Part shown: positions 33,008 through 43,647 of the stretch, one piece after another
Numbering within the stretch: position 1 is the first letter of the stretch
How the letters are laid out: each line of letters begins with the position of its first letter
Assembly (NCBI GenBank): GCA_963812035.1
Contig: CAWETG010000006.1
Span: forward strand, 90,337 to 154,336
Reading direction: 5' to 3'
DNA from: an uncultured Gemmatimonadales bacterium
GTDB lineage: Bacteria; Gemmatimonadota; Gemmatimonadetes; Gemmatimonadales; JACORV01
DNA length: 64,000 bases
The notes under the pieces: generated by a model
Told to the model about the DNA's origin: nothing
Seen by the model: the letters and a program-made list of their open reading frames with translations, nothing else
Database searches by the model: none
Program-made: the position numbers and the translations under genes

Positions 33008-34423
33008 ATGCGTCCGTCACTTGTGCTGCTGTCCAGCATCGGTTTCGTGTCGTTCCTCGCCCGGAGCGCGGCGGCCCAGGTTCCCGCGGCGGCCGACACC
33101 ACCCGGGCACAGGCTCCCGCGGGCGACACGACGCGCGCGCAGGCCTCCGCGGCAGATACCGCGGCGGCCAAGGCGCCGTTCGCGTTCGCCGACTTCACTT
33201 GGCTGCAGGGCACTCCGCGCCAGACGTCGTCGGTGCTCGACTCCAAGTACTTCACGGGCGAGTTCCGGCTCGACGCCTCGTACATCGGCGACTTCAACCA
33301 CCCGTCGGACCACACCCTCGTGGGGACGAGCGAGAGCGGGCGAACCGGTGAGGTCCAGGTCCAGCAGCTGGGATTCGGCGGCGATTTCCACGCCGGCAAC
33401 GCCCGCGGCCGGTTCATGACGCAGTTCGGCATGTACTCCACCATGACGCCGCGCAACGACGCCAGTCCCTCGCGCGGCCAGTGGGATCTGGCCGACGCGT
33501 ACCGCTACATCTCCGAGGCGTACGGCGGCTACCACTGGAACACCTGGAACGGCATCAACCTCGACGCCGGCATCTTCATGTCGTACGTCGGGCTGTTCAG
33601 CTACTACAACTACGACAACTGGGCGTACCAGCCATCGTATGTCTCGTCCAACACGCCGTGGTTCTTCAACGGGCTCAGGCTGCAGACGTTCCCGAGCGAC
33701 AAGCTGAAGGTCGAGCTGTGGCTCATCAACGGCTGGCAGTCGTACGGCATGTTCAACGAGAGCCCCGGCTTCGGGACGCAGATCCTGTGGCGGCCGAACG
33801 GGACGGTGTCCGTGCTGTCCAACAACTACTACGGCTACGACTGGCTCGGCCTGGCGGGCCGCGCGCGGGTGCACACCGACAACAGCCTGCAGCTCAAGTA
33901 CCTCGACAGCCCCGGCGGCTTTCCGGACAAGGCGGCCTTCTCGCTCACGGTGGACGCGGGGTGCGAGAACGGCGCCGGCGTGAGCTGCACCGGCACGAAG
34001 TTGGGACCCAAGCAGGACTTCCTCGGCTTCATGGTGTACAACCGCTTCTGGTTCGCGAAGGACCTCTACGGTCTCACCATCGGCGGCGGCGCGATCACGA
34101 ACCCCGGCCGCTACCTGGTGCTCATGCCGCCGATCAACGGCGCGACCGCCGCCTCGGGAACGCCCTACTTCACGGAGAACCCCGGCGATCAGTTCAGCGC
34201 CTGGGACGCGTCGCTCACGTTCGACTACATGCCGGACCAGTTCGTGACGTTCCGGGCGGAGTTCGACCACCGCCACGCCAGCGTGCCGTATTTCGCGGGC
34301 CCAGGGGGCGTCACGCCGCCCGGCGGCAACACGGGCGCGCCAGGCTCGACCGTCGCCGGCTGGTCACCTGACCTCCGGAACACGGAAAACCGGATCAACT
34401 GTGCGATCCTCGTGAAGTTGTGA
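33008..34423 (+). CDS. Outer-membrane beta-barrel porin inside the kdp operon
   Basis: Signal peptide; PFAFADFTWL; aromatic/Gly-rich beta strands; GGAG SD. Confidence 0.8.
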   Translation: MRPSLVLLSSIGFVSFLARSAAAQVPAAADTTRAQAPAGDTTRAQASAADTAAAKAPFAFADFTWLQGTPRQTSSVLDSKYFTGEFRLDASYIGDFNHPSDHTLVGTSESGRTGEVQVQQLGFGGDFHAGNARGRFMTQFGMYSTMTPRNDASPSRGQWDLADAYRYISEAYGGYHWNTWNGINLDAGIFMSYVGLFSYYNYDNWAYQPSYVSSNTPWFFNGLRLQTFPSDKLKVELWLINGWQSYGMFNESPGFGTQILWRPNGTVSVLSNNYYGYDWLGLAGRARVHTDNSLQLKYLDSPGGFPDKAAFSLTVDAGCENGAGVSCTGTKLGPKQDFLGFMVYNRFWFAKDLYGLTIGGGAITNPGRYLVLMPPINGATAASGTPYFTENPGDQFSAWDASLTFDYMPDQFVTFRAEFDHRHASVPYFAGPGGVTPPGGNTGAPGSTVAGWSPDLRNTENRINCAILVKL

Positions 34424-34446
34424 GCGCGATGCAGTAGGTTAGGCGG

Positions 34447-37146
34447 GTGACTTCTCCCGAAGTACGCCGTCCCGACCCCGAGGCGCTGCTCGCCAGAGTT
34501 CGCGAGGAGGAGCGCCGGTCGAGCCGCGGGCGCCTCAAGATCTTCTTCGGCGCCTCGCCGGGCGTGGGCAAGACCTACGCCATGCTGGAAGCGGCGCGCG
34601 TGCAGGCCAGGGAGGGCGTCGACGTGGCGGTCGGCGTGGTCGAGACCCACGGCCGGCCCGAAACCGCCGCCCTGCTCGAGGGCCTGGCGGTGATTCCGCG
34701 GCGCAGTCTGGAGTACCGCGGCATCGCGCTCCAGGAGTTCGACCTCGACGCCGCCCTGGCGCGCCACCCCGGCCTCCTGCTGGTGGACGAACTGGCGCAC
34801 ACCAACGCCCCCGGCTCGCGGCACGCCAAGCGGTGGCAGGACGTCGAGGAGTTGCTTGCCGCGGGCATCAGCGTCTACAGCACCCTGAACGTCCAGCACA
34901 TCGAGAGCCTCAACGACGTGGTGGCCCAGATCACCCGGGTCACCGTGCGCGAGACGCTGCCGGATTCGGTGTTCGACCAGGCGGACGAGATCGAGTTGGC
35001 CGACCTGTCGGCCGACGACCTGCTGGCGCGCCTGAGGCAGGGCAAGGTCTACGTGCCGGAGCAGGCGGCGGCGGCCATCGAACGGTTCTTCCGCAAGGGG
35101 AACCTGATCGCGCTGCGCGAGCTGACGCTGCGGCGGGCGGCGGAGCGGGTGGACGCGCAGATGCGCCGCTACATGCTCGAGTCCGGGATCCACTCGATGT
35201 GGCCGGCGGGCGAACGCCTCCTGGTGTGCATCGGCCCGAACCCGGATGGCGCGCGGCTGGTGCGGGCGGGCAAGCGCATGGCCACCGGGCTCAAGTGCGA
35301 GTGGCGGGTCGTCCACGTGGAGCGGCCCGGGGAGGGGATGGCCCCCGGGGAACGGGACAGCCTCGTCGTCAACCTCCAGCTCGCCGAGTCGCTGGGGGCG
35401 GTCACCGCGACGTTGAGTGGCCAGAATGCCGCGGAAGCGATCCTGGCGTATGCGCGTGACCAGAACGTCACCAAGATCGTGATCGGGAAGCCCACGCATC
35501 CGCGCTGGCGCGACAAGCTGTTCGGCTCCACGCTCGACCAGCTGGTGCGCGGAAGCGGCGACGTGGACGTGTACGCCATCAGCGGTGACGTCACGGCGCG
35601 GCCCCGCCGGCGGGCGTCCGGAGGGCGCCGCTCCCCGGCGCGCGAATACCTGCGGGCCGGGCTCATCGTCGCGGTCGCCACGGCACTGGCGGCGCTGTTC
35701 TTCCGCTTCCTGTCGGTCACCGACCTGGCCATGGTCTACCTGCTCGGCGTGGTGCTCATCGCGTCCCGCTACGGCCGCGGACCATCGCTGTCGGCGGCGC
35801 TGGTCAGCATCGCCCTGTTCGACTTCTTCTTCGTCCCGCCGTTCTACACCTTCGCCGTGTCCGACACCCGGTTCATTCTCACCTTCGTGGTGATGCTGGT
35901 GATCGCGCTGGTGATGAGCGCGCTCACCCTCCGCATCCGTGCCCAGGCCGAGACCGCGCGCGCCCGCGAGGGCGACACGGCGACGCTGTTCGCCATGAGC
36001 CGGGACCTCGCCGCCACGCGGGGACGCGGCGAGCTGGTGGCGGTGACGGAGCGGCACCTGGCGGGCACCTTCGGGGCGCAGGTGCAGGTGCTCCTGCCCA
36101 ACGAGGCCGGGCGGGTGGAGATCCCGGTCGGTGCGGCGCCCGCCTTCCCGATGGACGAGAAGGAGCGGAGCGTGGCGCAGTGGGTGTTCGACCACCGCCA
36201 GGCCGCCGGCAGCGGCACCGACACGCTGCCGGCTGCGCAGGCCCACTACGTGCCGCTGGTGGGATCCTCGAGCGTCGTCGGCGTCATGGGGGTGCGCCCC
36301 GCCGATCCCCGCCGCTTCCAGGACCCCGCGCTGCAGCACCTGCTGGAGACCTTCGCGGCGCAGGCGGCGGGTGCGCTGGAGCGCGCCCTGCTCGCCGATC
36401 AGGCGCAGCACGAACAGGTGGAGGCCGAGGCGGAGCGCCTCCGCACCGCATTGCTCAGCTCGCTCTCGCACGACATGCGCACGCCCCTCGGGGCCATCAC
36501 GGGCGCGGCGAGCAGCCTGCTGGAGGATGCGGGAGCCCTGACGGAAGGGGCGCGCCGCGACCTGGTCCAGGCCATCCTCGAAGAGTCGACGCGGATGAAT
36601 CGGCTGATCGGGAACCTGCTCGACATGATCCGGGTGGAGAGCGGAGCGCTGCAGGTGCAGAAGGACTGGCAGCCGCTGGAGGAAGTCGTGGGAGTCGCGC
36701 TGATCCGGCTCGAGTCGCGGCTGCAGGAGCATCCGGTAAAGGTGCTGCTTCCGCCGGATCTGCCCCTGGTGCTGATGGACGGGCTGCTGATCGAGCAGGT
36801 GTTCGTCAATCTGCTGGAGAACGCGGTGAAGTACACGCCGGCCGGCACGCCGGTCGAGATCACGGCGGCCGCCACGGAGGGTGCGATCGTGGTGGACGTG
36901 GCGGACCGGGGGCCCGGCTTCCCGGCCGGCGAGGAAGCCCGACTCTTCGACAAGTTCTACCGCGTGACGGGGGCCACGTCGGTCGCCGGCGTGGGTCTGG
37001 GCCTCACCATCTGCCGGGGCATCGTGACGGCGCACGGCGGGCGGATCTGGGCCGAGAACCGGCCGGGAGGCGGCGCCGCCTTCCACTTCACCCTGCCGCT
37101 CGCGGGCCAGCCAACCAGCGTTCCGGACGAGACCGAGGCGAGTTAG
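34447..37146 (+). CDS. kdpD: Sensor histidine kinase KdpD
   Basis: GASPGVGKT, DELAHTN, Usp domain, 4 TM, SHDMRTPL, GVGLGL. Confidence 0.97.
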   Translation: MTSPEVRRPDPEALLARVREEERRSSRGRLKIFFGASPGVGKTYAMLEAARVQAREGVDVAVGVVETHGRPETAALLEGLAVIPRRSLEYRGIALQEFDLDAALARHPGLLLVDELAHTNAPGSRHAKRWQDVEELLAAGISVYSTLNVQHIESLNDVVAQITRVTVRETLPDSVFDQADEIELADLSADDLLARLRQGKVYVPEQAAAAIERFFRKGNLIALRELTLRRAAERVDAQMRRYMLESGIHSMWPAGERLLVCIGPNPDGARLVRAGKRMATGLKCEWRVVHVERPGEGMAPGERDSLVVNLQLAESLGAVTATLSGQNAAEAILAYARDQNVTKIVIGKPTHPRWRDKLFGSTLDQLVRGSGDVDVYAISGDVTARPRRRASGGRRSPAREYLRAGLIVAVATALAALFFRFLSVTDLAMVYLLGVVLIASRYGRGPSLSAALVSIALFDFFFVPPFYTFAVSDTRFILTFVVMLVIALVMSALTLRIRAQAETARAREGDTATLFAMSRDLAATRGRGELVAVTERHLAGTFGAQVQVLLPNEAGRVEIPVGAAPAFPMDEKERSVAQWVFDHRQAAGSGTDTLPAAQAHYVPLVGSSSVVGVMGVRPADPRRFQDPALQHLLETFAAQAAGALERALLADQAQHEQVEAEAERLRTALLSSLSHDMRTPLGAITGAASSLLEDAGALTEGARRDLVQAILEESTRMNRLIGNLLDMIRVESGALQVQKDWQPLEEVVGVALIRLESRLQEHPVKVLLPPDLPLVLMDGLLIEQVFVNLLENAVKYTPAGTPVEITAAATEGAIVVDVADRGPGFPAGEEARLFDKFYRVTGATSVAGVGLGLTICRGIVTAHGGRIWAENRPGGGAAFHFTLPLAGQPTSVPDETEAS

Positions 37147-37175
37147 CTTCCGCCAACCCCCGAGCGCGGGATGCG

Positions 37176-37868
37176 ATGAGCGACGTCGCGCCGACGGTGT
37201 TGGTGATCGAGGACGAGCCCCAGATGCGGCGCTTCCTGAAGGCGTCGCTGGAGAGTCACGGTTACCACTTGGTGGAGGCCGTGACCGCCCGCGAAGGGTT
37301 GGCGCAGGCGAGCGGGCGCAATCCCGACGTGATCCTGCTCGACCTGGGGCTGCCCGACCTGGACGGCATCGAGCTGGCCCGGCGGGTGCGCGAGTGGTCC
37401 CGCGTCCCGATCATCGTGATTTCGGCGCGGGGCCGGGAGCAGGACAAGATCGCCGCGCTCGACGCGGGCGCCGACGATTATCTCACCAAGCCGTTCGGCA
37501 TGGGCGAGCTGCTGGCCCGCCTCCGCGTGGTGCTGCGCCGCGCCGCGGCCGACGAGGGCGGCGAGCCGGTCTTCACCTTGGGTGACCTGCGGGTGGACCT
37601 GGCGGCACGGCTCGTGTTCCGCGGCGCCGCCGAGATTCATCTCACCCCGATCGAATACAAGCTCCTCACCGCGCTGGTCCGGCACGCCGGACGGGTGCTC
37701 ACGCATCGCCAGCTCTTGAAGGACGTGTGGGGCCCCAATGCGCTGGACCACACACACTACGTCCGGGTGTACATGACGCAGCTCCGCCACAAGCTGGAAG
37801 ACGATCCCTCCCGGCCGAAGTACCTCCTGACCGAACCGGGCGTCGGCTACCGGCTGAAAGCCGAGTAG
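37176..37868 (+). CDS. kdpE: Response regulator KdpE
   Basis: IEDE, LLDLGLPD, DDYLTKPF, YVRVYMTQLRHKLE. Confidence 0.97.
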   Translation: MSDVAPTVLVIEDEPQMRRFLKASLESHGYHLVEAVTAREGLAQASGRNPDVILLDLGLPDLDGIELARRVREWSRVPIIVISARGREQDKIAALDAGADDYLTKPFGMGELLARLRVVLRRAAADEGGEPVFTLGDLRVDLAARLVFRGAAEIHLTPIEYKLLTALVRHAGRVLTHRQLLKDVWGPNALDHTHYVRVYMTQLRHKLEDDPSRPKYLLTEPGVGYRLKAE

Positions 37869-37911
37869 CGCCGCCCGCCTCCCGCCCGGGAACCCCTGGT
37901 GCGCCGGCGTG

Positions 37912-37929
37912 TAGTTAACATCCCAACTA
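37912..37929. promoter_or_regulatory. Putative MarR operator TAGTT-N8-AACTA
   Basis: AT-rich palindrome about 35 bp before the marR-like start. Confidence 0.5.
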
Positions 37930-37964
37930 ATGCGTCGTCAACCTTGCTGGGAAGTGAGGGTGCC

Positions 37965-38540
37965 ATGGCGGGATCGAGGCCGTCGGCCGGAGACCAGGCG
38001 CTGTACGCCAAGTCGGTGCTGAACGCGCTGCGGCGCACGGTGCGGGCGTTCCGCGCGGCCGCCCAGGTTGCCGAGGACGTGCTGGGCGTCAGCGGGGCGC
38101 AGCACTTCGTCCTGCAGAAGCTGGCGGACGCGCCGGCGCTCTCGCTCAACGACCTGGCGGCCCGCACCCTGACCCACAAGAGCTCGGTGTCCGTGGTGGT
38201 CAGCCGGTTGGTGGCCCGTGGCTTCGTGCGCCGCCGCCGCTCCTCGGCCGACGGCCGGAGCATTGTCTTGACGCTGACGCCGGCGGGGCGGCGGGCGCTG
38301 GAGCGGGCGCCGGACTCCGCGCAGAACCGGATGCTGGTTGCCCTCGAGCGCTTCCCACCGGGGCAGCTCGCCAGGTTTGCCAGCCTGTTCGAGCGGTTCA
38401 CCGACGAGCTGGGCGTGGCGTCGCTGGAGCCGCTGATGCTGTTCGAGGAAGAGGGCGTCCGGCCTGGCGGCGTGAAGCGCGCACGCCGGGCGCGGGGCAG
38501 TAGGGTGACCGACAACTCACATCTCAGGAGGAGTAGATGA
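37965..38540 (+). CDS. MarR family regulator
   Basis: SLNDLA...KSSVSVVVSRLVARGFVRR...DGRSIVLTLTPAG. Confidence 0.92.
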   Translation: MAGSRPSAGDQALYAKSVLNALRRTVRAFRAAAQVAEDVLGVSGAQHFVLQKLADAPALSLNDLAARTLTHKSSVSVVVSRLVARGFVRRRRSSADGRSIVLTLTPAGRRALERAPDSAQNRMLVALERFPPGQLARFASLFERFTDELGVASLEPLMLFEEEGVRPGGVKRARRARGSRVTDNSHLRRSR

Positions 38541-39184
38541 ACCGCAGGGTAGGTGGAATGGCCGCCGTTGCAGTGGTGGCGGTCCTGGCGGCGTGCAGCA
38601 CGAACCCGAAGCCCGTCGCCGTGGCGCCGCCACAGCCGGCGGCGCAGCCGAACGCGGCGGACGTGGCGCGACGCGAGCAGATGCACCGTGACTCGATGCT
38701 GGCACTGGCGCGGGCGGATTCGATCGCGAAGGCGCAGCGGGCGGAGTCGCACGCCGACTCGATCCGTTCGGAGGTGATGCGGGAGACGGTGGATTCGTCC
38801 AAGGACGTGATGAACACCGGTCTCGACGCGTCGAGCGCGGCGCTGATGGCCGAGCGGGTGCATTTCGACTACAATCTGGCAGATCTGAAGCCGGCGGACA
38901 TCCAGCTGCTCGAGCAGAAGCTCGCCATCCTGCAGGCGCACTCGCAGCTGGTGGTGCAGATCGCGGGGAACTGTGACGAGCGCGGCTCAGACGAGTACAA
39001 CATGGCGCTGGGTGAGCGGCGGGCGGCGGCGGCCGAGCGGTGGCTGACGGCGCACGGCATTGCCGAGGACCGCATCACCATCATCTCGTACGGCAAGGAG
39101 CGGCCGCTGGATGCCGGACACGATGAGGAGGCTTGGGCGAAGAACCGCCGCGACGACTTCGTGGTGACCCGGAGCATTGGCTAG
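38537..39184 (+). CDS. pal: Peptidoglycan-associated lipoprotein (OmpA family)
   Basis: Lipobox LAAC; GNCDERGSDEYNMALGERRA; ISYGKERP; AWAKNRR. Confidence 0.88.
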   Translation: MNRRVGGMAAVAVVAVLAACSTNPKPVAVAPPQPAAQPNAADVARREQMHRDSMLALARADSIAKAQRAESHADSIRSEVMRETVDSSKDVMNTGLDASSAALMAERVHFDYNLADLKPADIQLLEQKLAILQAHSQLVVQIAGNCDERGSDEYNMALGERRAAAAERWLTAHGIAEDRITIISYGKERPLDAGHDEEAWAKNRRDDFVVTRSIG

Positions 39185-40862
39185 GCCCGGGGCGGTTTCC
39201 GCCGAGCTGGCGCAGCGGCGGCTGATCCTCGAGACGCTCCTGTTGGGCGTCGCGGGGGCAGCCGCCGCGCAGGTCTTCAACCTGCTGCTCCATTTCGCCA
39301 ACTGGCTGTTCCTCGGACAGATCGCCGGCTACCGGCCGCCCGGATTGCTCAACGAGGGCGGACAACCGTACGCGGTCATCGGCTCGCACGGGCTGTGGCT
39401 CGTGCCCGTCGCCACCACGTTGGGCGGCCTGCTGGTGGGGTGGATGCTGACCCGGTGGGCGCCCGAGGCGGAGGGACACGGCACCGACACCGCGATCAAA
39501 GCGTTCCACCGTGCCGGCGGGGCACTCCGCGCGCGCGTCGCGCCGATCAAGGCCGTGGCCTCCGCGATCACCATCGGGTCGGGTGGCGCGGCGGGGCGCG
39601 AGGGCCCAGTCGCCCTCATCGCCTCCGCGATCGCGTCGGTCTACGCCTCGCTCGCGGGGCGCGGGGAACGCGAGCGGCGGCTCCTCATGCTGATCGGCAT
39701 GGCCGCCGGACTGTCGGCCATCTTCCGTTCCCCCATCGGGACGGCGCTGTTCGCCGTCGAGGTGCTCTACTCCGACGTGGAGTTCGAGTCGGACGCGCTC
39801 CTCTACACGATCCTCTCGTCGGTGGTCGCCTACGCGGTGAACGGCCTCTTCTCCGGCTGGCAGCCGCTGTTCCGGGTCCCTGCGGGTCTCTCGCTCCCCC
39901 ATCTCCTGGACCACGCCTGGTTCGTGGTCCTGGGGGTCACGGCGGGGTTGGTGGCGGTCCTCGAGCCGGCGGTCTTCTACGGCGTGCGCGACCTGTTCCA
40001 CCGGATCCGGATGCCGGCGTTCCTCAAGCCGGCGCTGGGCGGACTCCTCGTCGGGTTGCTCGCGCTCGTCGTGCCGCAGGTGCTGGCCGGCGGCTACGGG
40101 TGGATGCAGGCCGCAATCGATGGCCAGTTGGCGGCGGGAACGCTCCTGGTCCTCGTGTTCGCGCAGATCGCGGCGATGAGCCTCACCATCGCGTCCGGCG
40201 GGTCGGGCGGCGTGTTCGCGCCGAGCCTGTTCGTCGGCGCGATGCTGGGCGGGTTCCTCGCGGCGGTGGCCCACCTGCCGCCGGCGCCGTTCGTCATCGT
40301 GGGGATGGCGGCGGTGTTCGCGGGCTCGGCGCGCGTGCCGCTGGCGACGTTGATGATGGTGACGGAGATGACCGGCGGCTACGACCTGCTGGTGCCCGCC
40401 GCGCTGGCCGTGATGCTCAGCTACCTGATCCAGGTGCGCGTCTCGCGCGGACTCAAGTACCGGAGCCTGTACGAGGCGCAGGTCCCACGTCGCTCGGATT
40501 CTCCGGTCCACCACACCGAGCACCTGGAGATCGCGCTCCGCATCCTCGAGCAGAAGAGGCTGTCCGGACCGCTCGAGGGCCGGCTCGACCTGCTCACGCT
40601 CTTGAGGTCCGGCACGCCGGTCGAGCTGCCCGACGACCGGAGGCTGACGGTGGGCGTCCTCAAGGCCGGCAGCGCGCTGGTGGGACAGGCCGTGAGCCAC
40701 TCCGGCCCGCTCGGCGGCGACACCCGCATCATCTCGATCATCCGTGGCGAGCACATGATCGCGGTGCGGCCGGACACCGTGCTGGAGGCGGGTGATCGGC
40801 TCATCCTGGTGACGACTCCAAACGGCCTGGAGCGGCTCAAGGAGCATGTGGACAGCTGGTAG
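39177..40862 (+). CDS. ClC chloride channel/antiporter with C-terminal TrkA-C (RCK-C) domain
   Basis: GHGTD, GREGP, GVFAP; C-terminal GSALVGQ...IIRG...PDTVLEAGDRL. Confidence 0.9.
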   Translation: MARPGAVSAELAQRRLILETLLLGVAGAAAAQVFNLLLHFANWLFLGQIAGYRPPGLLNEGGQPYAVIGSHGLWLVPVATTLGGLLVGWMLTRWAPEAEGHGTDTAIKAFHRAGGALRARVAPIKAVASAITIGSGGAAGREGPVALIASAIASVYASLAGRGERERRLLMLIGMAAGLSAIFRSPIGTALFAVEVLYSDVEFESDALLYTILSSVVAYAVNGLFSGWQPLFRVPAGLSLPHLLDHAWFVVLGVTAGLVAVLEPAVFYGVRDLFHRIRMPAFLKPALGGLLVGLLALVVPQVLAGGYGWMQAAIDGQLAAGTLLVLVFAQIAAMSLTIASGGSGGVFAPSLFVGAMLGGFLAAVAHLPPAPFVIVGMAAVFAGSARVPLATLMMVTEMTGGYDLLVPAALAVMLSYLIQVRVSRGLKYRSLYEAQVPRRSDSPVHHTEHLEIALRILEQKRLSGPLEGRLDLLTLLRSGTPVELPDDRRLTVGVLKAGSALVGQAVSHSGPLGGDTRIISIIRGEHMIAVRPDTVLEAGDRLILVTTPNGLERLKEHVDSW

Positions 40863-41245
40863 CCGGGGCGGGGCGGCGGGAGCAGCTGGGCGTTGCGCTC
40901 GCTCCGGAGCGGCGGCCGGTTGCTCACCAGCTCAGCTGGCGGATGACGCTCGTTTCTCGCTCCTTGCCCCGAAGACCGTCCGATCGCCGAATCGGTGCGG
41001 TTTCCGTCACGGTATCGCCCGAAAGGACGATTTGAGAGCAACAACCTACGATCGATTCCTCTCCCGATTTCTCGTCCGTAGCTTGCACGCTATGTCCTTT
41101 GAGGGCCGGTAGCTGGCCGCCGTCCGACCGGTGAGCAGCGGCGTGCGCCTCGCGTGGCCCGTCCCGCGCGGACATGCCAGCTGAGATCACGATACGCCTG
41201 CCAAAGGCCCCAGGGAGTGCTCGCGATCGTCGAACGGAGACAGCC

Positions 41246-42943
41246 ATGAAGATCAGCCCCCTCGCTGGCCATCCGGCTCCGCCGGCGATGCTGCTCGACG
41301 TCTCGAAGCTGGTCACCGCTTACTACACCGAGATCCCTGACCCGGTGGTGCCCGCTCAGCGCGTCGCCTTCGGCACCTCGGGGCACCGCGGCTCGGCGTT
41401 CGAGCGGACCTTCAACGAATGGCACGTGGTGGCGATCAGCGAGGCCATCTGCCGCTACCGCCGAGGGCAGGGCATTGACGGCCCGCTCTTTCTCGGTATC
41501 GACACCCACGCGCTGTCGCTGCCGGCCGGCGCCACCGCCCTCGAGGTACTGGCGGCACACGGCGTCGACGTGATGCTCGCCGAGCACGACGAGTACACGC
41601 CGACGCCCGCGGTGTCGCACGCCATCCTCTGCTACAACCGCGGACGCACGACGGGGCTGGCCGACGGCATCGTGATCACTCCGTCCCACAATCCGCCGGA
41701 CAACGGCGGGTTCAAGTACAACCCGCCCAACGGGGGGCCGGCGGAAACCGACGTCACCAGGTGGATCGAAGCGCACGCCAACGAGGTGCTGGAGCGTGGT
41801 CTCGAGGGCGTGAAGCGCATCCCCTACGAGCAAGCGCTGCGTGCCGCCACGACGCACCGGCACGACTATCTGAACACCTATGTGGCCGACTTGGAGAACG
41901 TCGTGGACATGGAGGCGATCCGCGGCGCGGGCATCCGCCTCGGCGTGGATCCCCTCGGCGGCGCCGGCGTCCACTACTGGGCCCCCATCGCCGAGCGCTA
42001 CCATCTCGACCTGACAGTCGTCAGCGACGTGGTGGACCAGACCTTCCGGTTCATGACGGTGGATTGGGACGGCCGCATCCGGATGGACCCGTCGTCGTCT
42101 CACGCGATGCAGCGGCTGCTCGGCCTGAAGGACCGGTTCGACGTCGCCTTCGCATGCGATACCGACCACGATCGTCACGGCATCGTCACCCGGAGCACGG
42201 GGCTGCTGCCCCCCAACCACTATCTCACCGTCGCCATCCACCACCTCTTCCGGCATCGGCCGCGGTGGCGCCCGGACGCCGGCGTGGGGAAGACGGTGGT
42301 CAGCAGCGCCACGATCGACCGGGTGAGCGCGAAACTCGGCCGGCGTCTCCATGAAGTGCCGGTCGGCTTCAAGTGGTTCGTCGCCGGCCTCGGCGACGGC
42401 TCCCTCGGCTTCTGCGGCGAGGAGAGCGCGGGAGCGACATTCCTGCGCCGCGACGGGACAGTCTGGACGACGGACAAGGACGGCATCGTCCCGGCGCTGC
42501 TCGCGGCGGAGATCACGGCGCGGGCGGGCCGCGACCCCGGGGAAATCTACGGCGACCTGACGCGCGAATTCGGCGAGCCGGCCTACGACCGGGTGGAGGC
42601 GCCCGCAACCGCCGCCCAAAGGCAGCTGCTCGCGGCGCTTTCGCCCGACCAGGTGCGCTGCCCCGACCTCGCCGGGGAGAAGGTGCAGAGCGTCATCACC
42701 GAGGCGCCGGGCAACCACGCGCCGATCGGCGGCGTGAAGGTCAGTGCCGCGACCGGCTGGTTCGCGGCTCGGCCATCGGGCACGGAGGACATCTACAAGA
42801 TCTACGCCGAGAGTTTCCGGGGGGAGGATCAGTTGGCCCGCATCGTGGCGGAGGCGCAGACGATCGTTGATTCCGCGCTCGCGGCGGGAACGGCCGGAGG
42901 TGCGCGCCCATCCTACCCTTCGCCCGGCTGGTCGACCGCGTGA
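41246..42943 (+). CDS. pgm: Phosphoglucomutase
   Basis: FGTSGHRG, TPSHNP, DTDHDR, GEESAG, RPSGTE. Confidence 0.96.
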   Translation: MKISPLAGHPAPPAMLLDVSKLVTAYYTEIPDPVVPAQRVAFGTSGHRGSAFERTFNEWHVVAISEAICRYRRGQGIDGPLFLGIDTHALSLPAGATALEVLAAHGVDVMLAEHDEYTPTPAVSHAILCYNRGRTTGLADGIVITPSHNPPDNGGFKYNPPNGGPAETDVTRWIEAHANEVLERGLEGVKRIPYEQALRAATTHRHDYLNTYVADLENVVDMEAIRGAGIRLGVDPLGGAGVHYWAPIAERYHLDLTVVSDVVDQTFRFMTVDWDGRIRMDPSSSHAMQRLLGLKDRFDVAFACDTDHDRHGIVTRSTGLLPPNHYLTVAIHHLFRHRPRWRPDAGVGKTVVSSATIDRVSAKLGRRLHEVPVGFKWFVAGLGDGSLGFCGEESAGATFLRRDGTVWTTDKDGIVPALLAAEITARAGRDPGEIYGDLTREFGEPAYDRVEAPATAAQRQLLAALSPDQVRCPDLAGEKVQSVITEAPGNHAPIGGVKVSAATGWFAARPSGTEDIYKIYAESFRGEDQLARIVAEAQTIVDSALAAGTAGGARPSYPSPGWSTA

Positions 42944-43647
42944 CCGCGCCCGCTGACGTGGTGTTCCTCCTCGACTGCGACAACACGTTGCTTGATAACG
43001 ACCTGGTGCAGGCCGATCTGCGTGATCACCTCGCACGGGAATTCGGGCCCGCGAGCCGGGATCGGTACTGGGCAATCCTCGAGCAACTGCGCGCTGAGCT
43101 CGGGTACACCGACTATCTCGGCGCCCTGCAGCGCTACCGGCTAGGAGACCTGAACGACACCCGGCTGCTGCTGATGTCGTCGTTCCTGGTCGATTATCCG
43201 TTCGCGAACCGGCTGTACCCCGGTGCGTTCGACGTCATCCGCCATCTGCGCACGTGGGGATCGACGGTGATGCTGTCGGACGGCGACGTGGTGTTCCAGC
43301 CGCGCAAGATCCAGCGTTCCGGGCTCTGGGCGGCGGTGGAGGGCCGGGTGCTGATCTACGTGCACAAGGAACAGATGCTCGATGCCGTCGCGAGGCTCTA
43401 TCCCGCCCGACACTATGTGATGATCGATGACAAGAAGCGCATTTTGGCAGCGATGAAGAGCGTGTGGGGCGACCGCCTGACTACGGTCTTCCCCCGTCAG
43501 GGACACTACGCGCTCGACCCGCACGAACTCGCCGCGTATCCCGCAGCTGATCTCACGGTCGAACGGATCGGCGACCTGGCGACTTGCGATTTCCCCAACT
43601 TGCTCGGCTCGCGCGCCGGTTTGCGTTCGCGCCGGGAGCAGTCATGA
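42940..43647 (+). CDS. HAD-family hydrolase
   Basis: LLDCDNTL, LSDGD, MIDDK. Confidence 0.88.
   Translation: MTAPADVVFLLDCDNTLLDNDLVQADLRDHLAREFGPASRDRYWAILEQLRAELGYTDYLGALQRYRLGDLNDTRLLLMSSFLVDYPFANRLYPGAFDVIRHLRTWGSTVMLSDGDVVFQPRKIQRSGLWAAVEGRVLIYVHKEQMLDAVARLYPARHYVMIDDKKRILAAMKSVWGDRLTTVFPRQGHYALDPHELAAYPAADLTVERIGDLATCDFPNLLGSRAGLRSRREQS

Noticed and set aside
40863..41245. Riboswitch or ncRNA in the long gap before pgm
   Set aside because: No recognisable motif or convincing structure by eye
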